Numbered from the stretch's first letter, positions 12,081 to 20,723 are shown. The stretch is 64,000 nt of DNA from an uncultured Chloroflexia bacterium (GCA_963795645.1 CAWCIK010000009.1:50125-114124), one strand, 5' to 3'. The notes: a model not told the origin generated them from the sequence alone. A program made the numbers and translations.

Positions 12081-12902
12081 TCAGGCGACGGCCGACAGCC
12101 AGCCCAGCCCGAGCAGGGCAATCCCGCCAGCCTCGAGCGACCAGCCCAGCTCACGAGTGCGGGCACTCTGGCGAGCCAGAAGAAAGAGGCCGATCAACGC
12201 GGCCGCAGACGCCGTGGCGACGGCCGGGCTGAACCGACCGCTGGAGATCGACAGCGTCAGCCAGGCCAGGCCGTAGATGACGGCGAGCAGCAGACCAATC
12301 GCAGCCATTGTTCGTCGCCGGCCGAGCCGCGTGGCCAGGGTGGCGATCCCGCTCGCCTCGTCACCCTCGAGATCGACCAGCCCGTTGGATAGCTGCAGCG
12401 CGGGTCCGGCCAGAATCGCGAGCGGGAGCAACAGCTCGGACAGCGGGGGCAGCGTGCCGATCGATCCGTACCAGGCATAGACCGGCAGGATCGCGAAGGC
12501 CACAGAGAAGCACGCCCACGCCCATGCGGTGCGCTTGAGGCGGAGGTCATACGCGAGTCCACAGGCAAGCATCGCCACCGCCATGGCCACCACCGTGATG
12601 CCGAGCGGAAGGGTTGCGATAAGGGCGACCGCCGCCGCGACGACCGCGATCGAGCGCGCGGCCGCTCGCGGGAGCAGGCCGGATGCGATGGGCTTCCACG
12701 CCTTCGACCGCTGATCGGCTTCCACGTCGCACAGGTCGTTGACCGTGCCGATGCAGAACTGGATGCCGAGCATGCCGACGGCCAGCAACGCCGCGGCCAT
12801 CGTGGACGCTCCCGCGACAGCGGCCAGGCCGAGCACGAGGGCAGTGTTGAGCAGGGACGGGAACGGATGGACGACGCGCAGGGCGCGCAGCCGGCTGGTC
12901 AT
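12081..12902 (-). CDS. UbiA-family prenyltransferase
   Basis: NDLCDVEAD..K..KPI and NGLVDLEGD aspartate-rich motifs; multiple TM helices. Confidence 0.85.
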   Translation of the reverse strand: MTSRLRALRVVHPFPSLLNTALVLGLAAVAGASTMAAALLAVGMLGIQFCIGTVNDLCDVEADQRSKAWKPIASGLLPRAAARSIAVVAAAVALIATLPLGITVVAMAVAMLACGLAYDLRLKRTAWAWACFSVAFAILPVYAWYGSIGTLPPLSELLLPLAILAGPALQLSNGLVDLEGDEASGIATLATRLGRRRTMAAIGLLLAVIYGLAWLTLSISSGRFSPAVATASAAALIGLFLLARQSARTRELGWSLEAGGIALLGLGWLSAVA

Positions 12903-12923
12903 CTAGCCGGCGAATGCGACGCG

Positions 12924-13289
12924 CTAGATGAAGACGATCTCTTCGAAGTTCGCGACCAGGAAGTCGACCAGCCGGCTGCGCGCATCGGCGAACACGGCGT
13001 GGGCACCCGGGACGAAATAGAAGAGTGATATGGCAGGGACCATGAGCTCGCCGCTCTCAGTCGTGCCAATGGCCGCCGCCGGCCCTCCCCCGGCCGTGTA
13101 GACGCGGCGCAGGCCGGCGTCATCCGTCCCGAGAGCATGGCGCAGCTCGGAGATCACTTTTCGGACTCCGGTGCGAATCGAGGTATCACGCATCAGCTCG
13201 GCGGCCCAGCCGTCGATGCGCTCATCGGGCTGTTCGTCGAGCCTTTCACGGTATTGCTGCGGGGTAGCCGAAAGGCCTGTCGCGGTCAA
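12924..13289 (-). CDS. Hypothetical cytoplasmic protein (121 aa)
   Basis: TTG start with GGAGG, protein-like composition, tight spacing to the ubiA-family gene. Confidence 0.7.
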   Translation of the reverse strand: MTATGLSATPQQYRERLDEQPDERIDGWAAELMRDTSIRTGVRKVISELRHALGTDDAGLRRVYTAGGGPAAAIGTTESGELMVPAISLFYFVPGAHAVFADARSRLVDFLVANFEEIVFI

Positions 13290-13367
13290 ATGCGCCCTCC
13301 ATCAGAAGCGGCCGCGATTATCGCATCCTGACTCGGCCACGGGGCCACGCTGGCTCACAGTAGTGTG

Positions 13368-13386
13368 ACACCACTACATGTGGTGT
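13368..13386. promoter_or_regulatory. NrdR-box-like palindrome
   Basis: ACACCAC-TACAT-GTGGTGT; the minus strand reads ACACCACATGTAGTGG, close to the NrdR consensus acaCwAtATaTwGtgt. Confidence 0.5.
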
Positions 13387-13408
13387 CTCCGCTACAAGCG
13401 TGCTGCGG

Positions 13409-13633
13409 TCAATCACGTCTCACGAGACGCAAGGCCAGCACCGGGCAGGCCGCTACAGCGCGTCGCGCATAGGCCTCCAGCTGCGGCGAAACGTCGGCGC
13501 GACGCAGGATCGGATAGCCCCAATCGTCAAGCTCGATGAGCTCCGGCAGCAGCTCGGCACACAGGCCGTGGCCATCGCATTCGATCGGGTCGACCTCGAG
13601 CGTCCCGACGGATTGCGGCGCGACCATCTTCAT
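13409..13633 (-). CDS. Small ferredoxin (CxxHxxC...CP, [3Fe-4S]-type)
   Basis: VDPIECDGHGLCAELLP...AVAACPVLAL. Confidence 0.88.
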   Translation of the reverse strand: MKMVAPQSVGTLEVDPIECDGHGLCAELLPELIELDDWGYPILRRADVSPQLEAYARRAVAACPVLALRLVRRD

Positions 13634-13646
13634 CTCATGCCGCCCG

Positions 13647-14870
13647 TCATGCCGCGCGTGCTCGTACGCGAACACGACAGCCGGACCCGCGCAGATGAGA
13701 GTCGAATTCGTCACTGAACGTGCTCAGCGCCGACATCAACAGCCCGACTGCCCCATCGGGATGGCGGCAAGCGCCACGGCCATCGATCTGGGCGGCCCAT
13801 CGTTCGAGTTGGGCCACGTCGCGGCCCGTCGCGGCGCCAAGGGCCAGCGCGTGGGTTGTGTCGGCGATCGATCGGAGACCGAATACGCACGGCCCGCACT
13901 GTGCCGCGCTCTGGGCGGCCATGTAGTCGAGGACCGTGGCTGTGGCAGCGACGCCACAGGTGTCCGAGGCAAGAAAGCTGACCACCCCCGCTCCAAAAGG
14001 AACGCCTGCCTCGCGCAGCGTAGCCGGATCGAGCGGCAGGCCCCAGGCATCTTCGCGCGACGCCCAGCGACCGAAATATCCGCCAATCAGGACTGCGTCT
14101 GTCCCGTCCGCGCCGAGCCCGCTCATTGCCGCGAGCTCGCCGACGCGCGTGCCCAGCTCGATCTCGCGCACGCCACCGCGTGGAGCGCCGCTGACCGTGA
14201 CCAGAGCGGTGCCGCGCGTAGCCCCACGGCCCGCCTCGCGGTACCAGGCGTCTCCGAAACGCGCGATCAGCGCGGCGTGCGCGAGTGACTCGACGTTCTG
14301 GACGAGCGTCGGCCGATCGTCAATGCCGCGCTCGTAAGGCCGCGGCGGGATGACTGTGGGTCGAGCGTCGCCGACGTTGATGTAGTGAACTGCCGCGGAT
14401 TCCTCGCCTGCGACGTACGCCTCCGGCGCCACGACCATGCGCACCGAGACGGGCAGCCTGCGCCGCTCGGCCAGTGCGCGCTGGAGGGCGACTCGCGCGT
14501 CGAGGTGTGGCGCGCCGACATACACAACGATCTCGCTCGCGCCGACCGATGCCGCCGCAAGCAGCGCCCCATCGAGGACAAGGTGCGGGCGAGCCGTCAT
14601 CAATGTGCGGTCCTTGGCACTCAGGGGCTCCCCTTCCGCGCCATTGACCAGGACGCGCGCGTCTCCACCTGAGCGCTCCGCCACGGCGGCCCACTTGCGA
14701 CCGACTGGAAAGCCGCCACCACCGCGGCCGAGCAGGCCGCTGGCGGTGATTGAGGCGATGAGATCCCGTCGCGTCTCGGGGAGCCTCCCGAGTCGCTGCG
14801 TGTGGTTGTGAAGAGATTCCTGTCCGGCCGCGGCCGGAGGACCGGCAAGCACCCGAGGCTGATCCATCAT
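13647..14870 (-). CDS. Stand-alone NuoF/HoxF-like FMN- and NADH-binding Fe-S flavoprotein
   Basis: SGLLGRGGGGFP..RKW, NGAEGEP, YVAGEESA, QNVESL, QCGPC...GAC. Confidence 0.9.
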   Translation of the reverse strand: MMDQPRVLAGPPAAAGQESLHNHTQRLGRLPETRRDLIASITASGLLGRGGGGFPVGRKWAAVAERSGGDARVLVNGAEGEPLSAKDRTLMTARPHLVLDGALLAAASVGASEIVVYVGAPHLDARVALQRALAERRRLPVSVRMVVAPEAYVAGEESAAVHYINVGDARPTVIPPRPYERGIDDRPTLVQNVESLAHAALIARFGDAWYREAGRGATRGTALVTVSGAPRGGVREIELGTRVGELAAMSGLGADGTDAVLIGGYFGRWASREDAWGLPLDPATLREAGVPFGAGVVSFLASDTCGVAATATVLDYMAAQSAAQCGPCVFGLRSIADTTHALALGAATGRDVAQLERWAAQIDGRGACRHPDGAVGLLMSALSTFSDEFDSHLRGSGCRVRVRARAA

Positions 14871-15466
14871 CGATCGAGATCCCCGAACGGAGCAGGAGAC
14901 GTCCGTGACGCCGCTACCAGCGCGGGCAGCTGCTCACGATTGGTGCGCGCCGCGAACAGACGCCACGTCAGTGCCACCGCTACAGCCGCCACGCACGCGG
15001 CTTCGATGGCCAGCATCCAGGTCGAGAACGCGTCACTGCCCGACCCGGCGCTGTGCAGCACGGCCAGCGGCCAACCTGCGTAGGCGACCCAATGGACGGC
15101 GCGCCACGTGCGCTGGCCGATTCGTTCACGAAGCAGGCTGGTGACGATGATCGCGATGATCAGGTAGACCGAGATCACGCCGAGGCCGACCCACAGCGGT
15201 CGGTAGCTCGACGCGAATGGGATCAGCGCGGCGCTGATGCCGAGCTTTGCGAACGGGTCAAGGATGGCCGCGGTGATGTGGACGCCGACGAACACGACCG
15301 ACAGCAGGGCCAGGTTCGAGTGCAGGTCGGCGGTCAGGAAGCGCGGCCAAGTGGGCCTCTGCCAGCGAATGACGCTGATCAGACCGAGCACGGTCACAGC
15401 CGTAAGCAGGAGCAGCGAGACGATGCCTGAGCCGCGACTGGCAAACCACAGGAGCTGATCGCTCAT
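14867..15466 (-). CDS. Ferric-reductase-like (MsrQ-like) heme b transmembrane protein
   Basis: Several TM helices with four His (DLHSNL, GVHI, WRAVHW, VLHS); ATG 15466 overlaps the apbE stop. Confidence 0.85.
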   Translation of the reverse strand: MSDQLLWFASRGSGIVSLLLLTAVTVLGLISVIRWQRPTWPRFLTADLHSNLALLSVVFVGVHITAAILDPFAKLGISAALIPFASSYRPLWVGLGVISVYLIIAIIVTSLLRERIGQRTWRAVHWVAYAGWPLAVLHSAGSGSDAFSTWMLAIEAACVAAVAVALTWRLFAARTNREQLPALVAASRTSPAPFGDLDR

Positions 15467-16419
15467 GCTGCGTGGCGCTGGGCGCCGGCCAGATCCGGCG
15501 GCCAACCGGCCACGTAGGCAAGCGACCCGTCATTGGCGACCAGTCGCGCCGGAAGTTTCATGTCCTCGAGCCACGCCGGCGCCGCCGCACCCATGACGAT
15601 TGCGCCCGTGGCGGCTGTGTTGGCCGTTGCGCAATCGGCGGCCACGACTGTGGCGGTGCGCCACGGGCCATCGCACGGCCGGCCCGTACGCGGATCGATC
15701 ACGTGGTGGAGTATTTCGCCGTTGCGTCGCCAGCGGCGAACGGTGGTGCTTGAGGTGGCCAGCGCACCGTCGCGGATGACGGCCACCGGAGCGCCTGGCC
15801 GGCGAGCTGCGCCGCTGTCTTCGCCGAGCTGGATTCGCCAGCCACCTCGCGGCGGCCGGCCGGCAACCTTGATGTCGCCGCCGATCGAAACGAGCACGCC
15901 CGAGCTCGACGGCAGGAGCGCGGCCGCCGCGGCAGCGGCCAGGTCGACGACCAGTGCCTTGCCTGTCGAATCGAGATCGAGCTCGACGCCCCTGGGGACG
16001 CGCAGCGTACGCCGCGAGCGATCGAGCTCGATCGCCTGCCAGCCTGGAACTGCCTCGAAACGCATTGGCACCGGGCGCTTGTCGTCTACGGCGCGCAAAC
16101 GGGCGAAGTCACGGTCGTAGCCGATCATGCGAATCGCACGTCCAACGCTCGGATCGACCAGCCCGCTAGTCTCGCGGGCCGCCCGCAGAGCTGTTTCGAC
16201 CGCGACCGCGAACTGCTCGCTGATCACGATTCGCCTGCCAGGCGAGCGATTGACCAGGCTCAGCTCGGAGTCGTCCCGGAAGCGGCTGAATGAGTGGTCG
16301 GCGGCGTCGATCACCGAGCGCACCGCATCGAGGACCGCATCGTCATCGACCGGGCCGTCGCTCAGAACGACGTCCACGTTCGTGCCTATCTGTTGCCAGC
16401 TCGCGGAGCGCGTGGTCAT
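15463..16419 (-). CDS. apbE: FAD:protein FMN transferase (ApbE family), no obvious signal peptide
   Basis: FSRFRDDSELS, GLVDPSVG, LDL..TGKA, VSIGGDI, ALATSS, HHVIDPRTG. Confidence 0.92.
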   Translation of the reverse strand: MTTRSASWQQIGTNVDVVLSDGPVDDDAVLDAVRSVIDAADHSFSRFRDDSELSLVNRSPGRRIVISEQFAVAVETALRAARETSGLVDPSVGRAIRMIGYDRDFARLRAVDDKRPVPMRFEAVPGWQAIELDRSRRTLRVPRGVELDLDSTGKALVVDLAAAAAAALLPSSSGVLVSIGGDIKVAGRPPRGGWRIQLGEDSGAARRPGAPVAVIRDGALATSSTTVRRWRRNGEILHHVIDPRTGRPCDGPWRTATVVAADCATANTAATGAIVMGAAAPAWLEDMKLPARLVANDGSLAYVAGWPPDLAGAQRHAA

Positions 16420-16844
16420 CAGTGGGAGCCGCCGGTCGAGACGTGACTGCGCCGCCGAGTGGTCGTTGGCGGGTTGACGGCCGTCGGGCCGTTGTTGGCC
16501 GCTGTCCCGGGGGTTGGCGCCGCTTGTGTCGTCTGCGAGCCGTCGACCTGATTCGAATTCGTCGTGGATTCTGTTGTCTCGTCAGTCGTCGGACTGGTCA
16601 GCCGCTGGCCTGCCACGCTGTCGTCCCCAACGCTTGCCTCGCCGACATCGGCGGCCTGGCCGGCATCGGTCACTGGCGCATTGCCGGAGAAGGTAACCGC
16701 GGCGAGGCCTCCAAAGCCGACTGTGGCTGCGGCGCTGACGATGGCGGTTGCGGTGGTGAGGCGCGCGAGCCGCTCCAACGCCAGCTCGCGCTGGTTCGCG
16801 CGGTGTCGAAGCTCGTCGGCCGGACGCCTCCCCTCGGATCTCAT
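16419..16844 (-). CDS. Membrane-anchored low-complexity T/S/P-rich protein ending in HVSTGGSH (candidate flavinylation substrate)
   Basis: ATG 16844; basic N-terminus, hydrophobic segment TATAIVSAAATVGFGGLAAVTF, long T/S/P linker; TGA overlaps the apbE ATG (TGATG). Confidence 0.75.
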   Translation of the reverse strand: MRSEGRRPADELRHRANQRELALERLARLTTATAIVSAAATVGFGGLAAVTFSGNAPVTDAGQAADVGEASVGDDSVAGQRLTSPTTDETTESTTNSNQVDGSQTTQAAPTPGTAANNGPTAVNPPTTTRRRSHVSTGGSH

Positions 16845-16866
16845 TTGCCGATCTTGAGCGTCCAGA

Positions 16867-16894
16867 CTGAGAGAAGTCTGTGCGCCCGCTGTTC
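16867..16894 (-). promoter_or_regulatory. Three 11-bp-period direct repeats (OmpR/MprA-type site) upstream of the apbE operon
   Basis: Minus strand gAACAG-N5-gCACAG-N5-tCTCAG, followed by CAAGAT and an ATG 6 nt later. Confidence 0.5.
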
Positions 16895-17005
16895 CCGCCC
16901 GCACGACTACCTGACGAGTCGATGACGAACCGTGGAGCCCCGCGTTCGACGCACGCATCGTCTGCCCCTCATTGGAGGGCCGAGTCACGAGGCAGTCGAC
17001 TTCAT

Positions 17006-17041
17006 GCAAAGACGCCCGGGCCTGAGCCCGGGCGTCTTTGC
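17006..17041. terminator. Hairpin, probable terminator of the ice-binding gene
   Basis: Perfect 15-bp stem GCAAAGACGCCCGGG / CCCGGGCGTCTTTGC with a 6-nt loop. Confidence 0.8.
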
Positions 17042-17059
17042 CGTAATGGCTGTGACGTT

Positions 17060-18073
17060 TTAGGGGGTTTCGAGCCCGTGCACGTATTGGCACGGCGCGA
17101 ACCGCCCGTGCACAGAAACCGCCGAACCGAGATTGACCCATGCACCGGTGTCTGGGTTCTTGTAGCTGACGAGCACCTTGGTGCCCGGCTTCGCCCAATG
17201 CTCCCAGGTCCGATAGATCGAGCCACCCGGAACCCACCGGGACGCGACATGGGGCCCGGTTGTCGTGGTCCACTTGATCCTGAAACGGATCGTCGCATCG
17301 CTGCCGGTGTTGTCGAATACTCCGTAGTAGGCCGGGTCATTGCACGGACCGCCGACTCCACCGCCCGGGTTGTTGGTGTCGCAAGTCGCCTTGGTGATGA
17401 CGTTGGTGTCGAGCGTGACCGCCCCGTTGCGCGCTAGAGCGCGGCCCCTGAGCGTCGCTCCCGTCGTCATCGTGATCGACGTAAGCGCCATGATGTTGCC
17501 GACGAACGAGGTCGCCGTTCCGATGGTGGCCGAGCTGCCGATCTGCCAGTAGACGTTGCACGGCTGCGCCCCGTTGATCAGGCTCACGCGGCTGGACGAG
17601 GCCGTCGTCAGCGCGCTACCAACTTGGAAGATGAACCGTGCATCGGGGTCACCCTGCGCATTGAGGGTCAGCGTTCCGGTCAATCCAGCTGAGCTATCGA
17701 AGCAGTACACGCCCGCGGTGAGCGTCAGGCCGCCAAGGTCCTGGTCGGTGAGGTTGCTGTCGCAGGCTTGGCCGGCCGCGTTGTTGTACGCGGTCTTGAG
17801 ATCGGCCTTGGCCAGGGCAGCTGCGGCGTTTGCCGCATAGATGGTGCCGTTAACGATGCCCGGCGGAAAGCCGGTGACAGCGCTCCCAGGGCTGACGCCC
17901 AGATCGCCATTGATGACGCTCGGGCCGGTGTTGGTGACCGTCGAGCCACCGAGAACAGCGAATGCGCCGGACGTGCCCAGGCCAATCGCTGAGGATGCGG
18001 CGACGTTGCCGGCAAAGGCAAAGCCGAGCATGGCCGTGAGGACTAGAGTGACTGGTAACCGGCGTTTGACCAC
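17060..18073 (-). CDS. Secreted DUF3494 ice-binding family protein with an extra C-terminal domain
   Basis: Signal peptide, then LGTSGAFAVLGGSTVTNTGPSVINGDLGVSPG, DLGGLTLTAGVY, FIFQVGSALTT, NVYWQIGSSATIG, GRALARNGAVTLDTN. Confidence 0.92.
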   Translation of the reverse strand: MVKRRLPVTLVLTAMLGFAFAGNVAASSAIGLGTSGAFAVLGGSTVTNTGPSVINGDLGVSPGSAVTGFPPGIVNGTIYAANAAAALAKADLKTAYNNAAGQACDSNLTDQDLGGLTLTAGVYCFDSSAGLTGTLTLNAQGDPDARFIFQVGSALTTASSSRVSLINGAQPCNVYWQIGSSATIGTATSFVGNIMALTSITMTTGATLRGRALARNGAVTLDTNVITKATCDTNNPGGGVGGPCNDPAYYGVFDNTGSDATIRFRIKWTTTTGPHVASRWVPGGSIYRTWEHWAKPGTKVLVSYKNPDTGAWVNLGSAVSVHGRFAPCQYVHGLETP

Positions 18074-18311
18074 GTGGCACCCTTTCAACGAGCCCCCACT
18101 GCGCGAAAGCGGCGCGATCGTGGTGGATTTGAAAGTGGCCGCAGGCGGTCACCGGCTTGTTGGAAGACGATGGGCCTGCGCGGGTGCGATGCCTAGCCGT
18201 ACCTAAGCGTCACTGGCGAGGAACCTATGGCGGTGCGACCACGGCATCGCCAGGTTCTGACCAAGCGCGCCCCAAGAGAGAAGCGGAAGTGGTCGCGGCA
18301 CTCGGGGAAGC

Positions 18312-18386
18312 TGGCTCCGGCGGTAGGATTCGAACCTACGACCAAGCGGTTAACAGCCGCCCGCTCTACCACTGAGCTACGCCGGA
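18312..18386 (-). tRNA. tRNA-Asn (GTT)
   Basis: TCCGGCGTAGCTCAGTGGTAGAGCGGGCGGCTGTTAACCGCTTGGTCGTAGGTTCGAATCCTACCGCCGGAGCCA: cloverleaf, GTT anticodon, encoded CCA. Confidence 0.97.
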
Positions 18387-18484
18387 GCGCGAGTCCTCGC
18401 TGATCCGAGCGATCAGGGGAGCGGCAGGATTATAGGTCCTTGGATACTTGGGCCGGCGGAGAGGGAGAGGGAGAGGGAGACTTC

Positions 18485-18886
18485 ATGCTGCGCGCTTCCC
18501 GGATTGTCTACGTGCTGCTCGCCTGGGCTTTCCTGCTCGGGCTGCTCGTCCAGGTCTTTCTGATAGGCCTGTATCTATTCAGCAATCCAAGCGCCCTGGC
18601 GGAGCACCGCTCGTTCGGATGGGTGCTCCACTTGTCGCCGTTGCTCGTCCTGCTCTTCGCGGCTCTCGCCCGCGCCGGGCGCCGGCACTGGCTGTGGGCG
18701 TTGGGCCTGGCCGTGTTCGTGTTCATCACGCCGATCCTGCCCGGGCTTCGCTCGAGCGCTCCGGTCGTCGCGGCGCTGCATCCGGTCTTTGCCGTAGCCG
18801 ACGTGGTCCTGGCCGCAGTCGTCGCCTGGAACTCGGTGCAGGCGTGGCGGCTCGGAGACGCACCGGTCGCCACGCCGATCTCCTGA
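18485..18886 (+). CDS. Small four-TM membrane protein (DUF6220-like)
   Basis: VQVFLIGL..F, H..FG, AALHPV motifs; purine-rich SD region just upstream. Confidence 0.75.
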   Translation: MLRASRIVYVLLAWAFLLGLLVQVFLIGLYLFSNPSALAEHRSFGWVLHLSPLLVLLFAALARAGRRHWLWALGLAVFVFITPILPGLRSSAPVVAALHPVFAVADVVLAAVVAWNSVQAWRLGDAPVATPIS

Positions 18887-19058
18887 GCTCGCGGCGATGA
18901 TGACGAACGGCACTTGGCGCCTCGGCAGAGCGCGTCGATGATGTGCGAGTTCGCCTCGTCGACAAAGCGGATCACGGCGCCGGCCCCGGGGTCGCCGGCA
19001 GCGCAGGATTGCTCGGCGCGGCCGGCTTTGGTGCGGGCGACCCATCAGGAGGCGCGCT

Positions 19059-19235
19059 ATGACGCTGCCCTCGCCGGCACTCTCCCATTCGTGGGTCTTC
19101 TGGACCGAGATGGTCGTTCTTGCCATCGTGGTGCTTGTCGCGGCCACACTGCTGACGCTCGTCTTCAACGGCGGGGCGCTGCCCAATCCGTTTGACGTCG
19201 TGCGCGACCCAGCCCCGGGTGTGTGGCCGTTCTGA
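19059..19235 (+). CDS. Small single-TM protein (58 aa; below the ORF-track cut-off)
   Basis: AGGAGG SD, then MTLPSPALSHSWVFWTEMVVLAIVVLVAATLLTLVFNGGALPNPFDVVRDPAPGVWPF*. Confidence 0.6.
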   Translation: MTLPSPALSHSWVFWTEMVVLAIVVLVAATLLTLVFNGGALPNPFDVVRDPAPGVWPF

Positions 19236-19259
19236 CCCTGAGCGGGCATACTGGCCCGC

Positions 19260-19866
19260 GTGACTGACCAGACTTCGAAAGAGCCCTCAAGCCCTGCGTA
19301 CCTCCCGCTGATTCGCGGTGAGCGCGTCTTCCTGCGTCCGGCCGAGAAGTCGGACGTGCAGACATTCGTGCGCTGGTTCGCCGACGCCGAGATGAGCGGC
19401 CTGCTCGGAATGCGCGCGCCGATGAGCGAGGCAATGGAGGAGCAGTGGTTCACGCGCGCCGTCGAGCAGCAGGGCAAGGAGAGCTACCACTTCGTGATGT
19501 GCCGGCTCGACAACAGCCAGCCCATCGGCACGATCAGCCTCTTCCACCTCGACCAGGTCAACGGCTCGCGCCGGCGTGGGCATCTCGATCGGCGAGAAGG
19601 AGCTATGGGGCAAGGGCTATGGCACGGACGCCATGAACGCTCTGCTCGATTTCGGCTTCGGGCAGCTGCGCCTGGAGCGAATGTGGCTCGACGTCTACGA
19701 CTACAACGCCCGCGCGCGCCGTTCGTACGAGAAATCGGGTTTTGTCATCGAGGGCACGCAGCGCCATGCCAACTACAGGCTGGGCAAATTCCACGACGTG
19801 CACCTGATGGCCATCCTTCGAGATGACTGGACGGCGTTGGACCGCAGGCGCTCGTGGGACTACTGA
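19260..19866 (+). CDS. RimJ/RimL-family GNAT acetyltransferase (one frameshift near 19570)
   Basis: GERVFLRP..., joined to GISIGEKELWGKGYGTDAM...NARARRSYEKSGFVIEG...DVHLMAIL. Confidence 0.88.
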
Positions 19867-20723
19867 TCGAGCCGGGCGAGCTTCACGCCCGTCTGGGTGA
19901 CCGGCACCTGCGCGTCGCCGACGTGCGTTGGTACATGAATCGGGCCGGCGCCGGGAGAGCCGCATACGACGCGGGCCACATTCCCGGCGCGCTTTTCCTT
20001 GATCTGGATACCGACCTGTCCGACGAGCGCGGCTATGGCGCCCCCGGGCGTCATCCCCTCCCCGCGCCGCGGGAGTTCACGCGCCAGCTCGGGCGCCTCG
20101 GCATCGGGTCGGATGATTTCGTCGTCGCCTACGACGACGACAGTGGGACGACGGCGGCGCGTCTGTGGTGGATGCTCGACAACCTCGGCCATCGCGGTGG
20201 CGCGGCCGTCCTCGACGGCGGCATGCGAGCCTGGCAGGCGGCCGGCTTCGAGCTCGCCCAAGACGAACGCCAGTTTCCACCGGCCGTTCTCGAGCTCGCC
20301 GGTGAGTGGCGCAATGTGATCGCACGCGACGATCTGGCGCTTCGGCTGGGTTCGGTGACCCTTCTCGACGTGCGCGCGGCGGAGCGCTACCGAGGTGAAG
20401 TCGAGCCGATCGATCCGAAGGCGGGCCACATTCCGACGGCCGTCAATGCACCGGCCGCCAACGATGGCGACGTGCGCGGCGTGATGCGCTCCGCCGACGA
20501 GCTGCGCGCGACCTATGGCGGACTGGTGGTCGACGATCGGCCCACCGTCGTCTCGTGCGGCAGCGGCGTCACTGCCTGTCACAGCGCGCTGGCCATGCGC
20601 ATCTCGGGCATGCCAGATCCGATCCTGTACGTCGGCTCGTTCAGCGACTGGAGCCGATCAGGAATGCCCGTGACCGACGGACCCGAGCCCGGTGCCACCC
20701 CGGAGGGCGAGGCCAAGGGATGA
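19854..20723 (+). CDS. sseA: Tandem-rhodanese sulfurtransferase (SseA/3-mercaptopyruvate sulfurtransferase family)
   Basis: YDAGHIPGA, GRHPLP, AARLWW, LDGG, GHIP, CGSGVTAC, LYVGSFSDWS. Confidence 0.88.
   Translation: MGLLIEPGELHARLGDRHLRVADVRWYMNRAGAGRAAYDAGHIPGALFLDLDTDLSDERGYGAPGRHPLPAPREFTRQLGRLGIGSDDFVVAYDDDSGTTAARLWWMLDNLGHRGGAAVLDGGMRAWQAAGFELAQDERQFPPAVLELAGEWRNVIARDDLALRLGSVTLLDVRAAERYRGEVEPIDPKAGHIPTAVNAPAANDGDVRGVMRSADELRATYGGLVVDDRPTVVSCGSGVTACHSALAMRISGMPDPILYVGSFSDWSRSGMPVTDGPEPGATPEGEAKG

Noticed and set aside
13350-13365. att-site duplication of the tRNA-Asn 3' end
   Set aside because: Only 7 bp (CTGGCTC) match and no integrase is present.
16419-17273. 284-aa version of the ApbE-upstream ORF
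   Set aside because: The extension crosses a terminator and overlaps the ice-binding gene; ATG 16844 fits the promoter elements.
18090-18300. Riboswitch upstream of the ice-binding gene
   Set aside because: No c-di-GMP, c-di-AMP or other aptamer consensus recognisable by eye; an Infernal scan would be needed.
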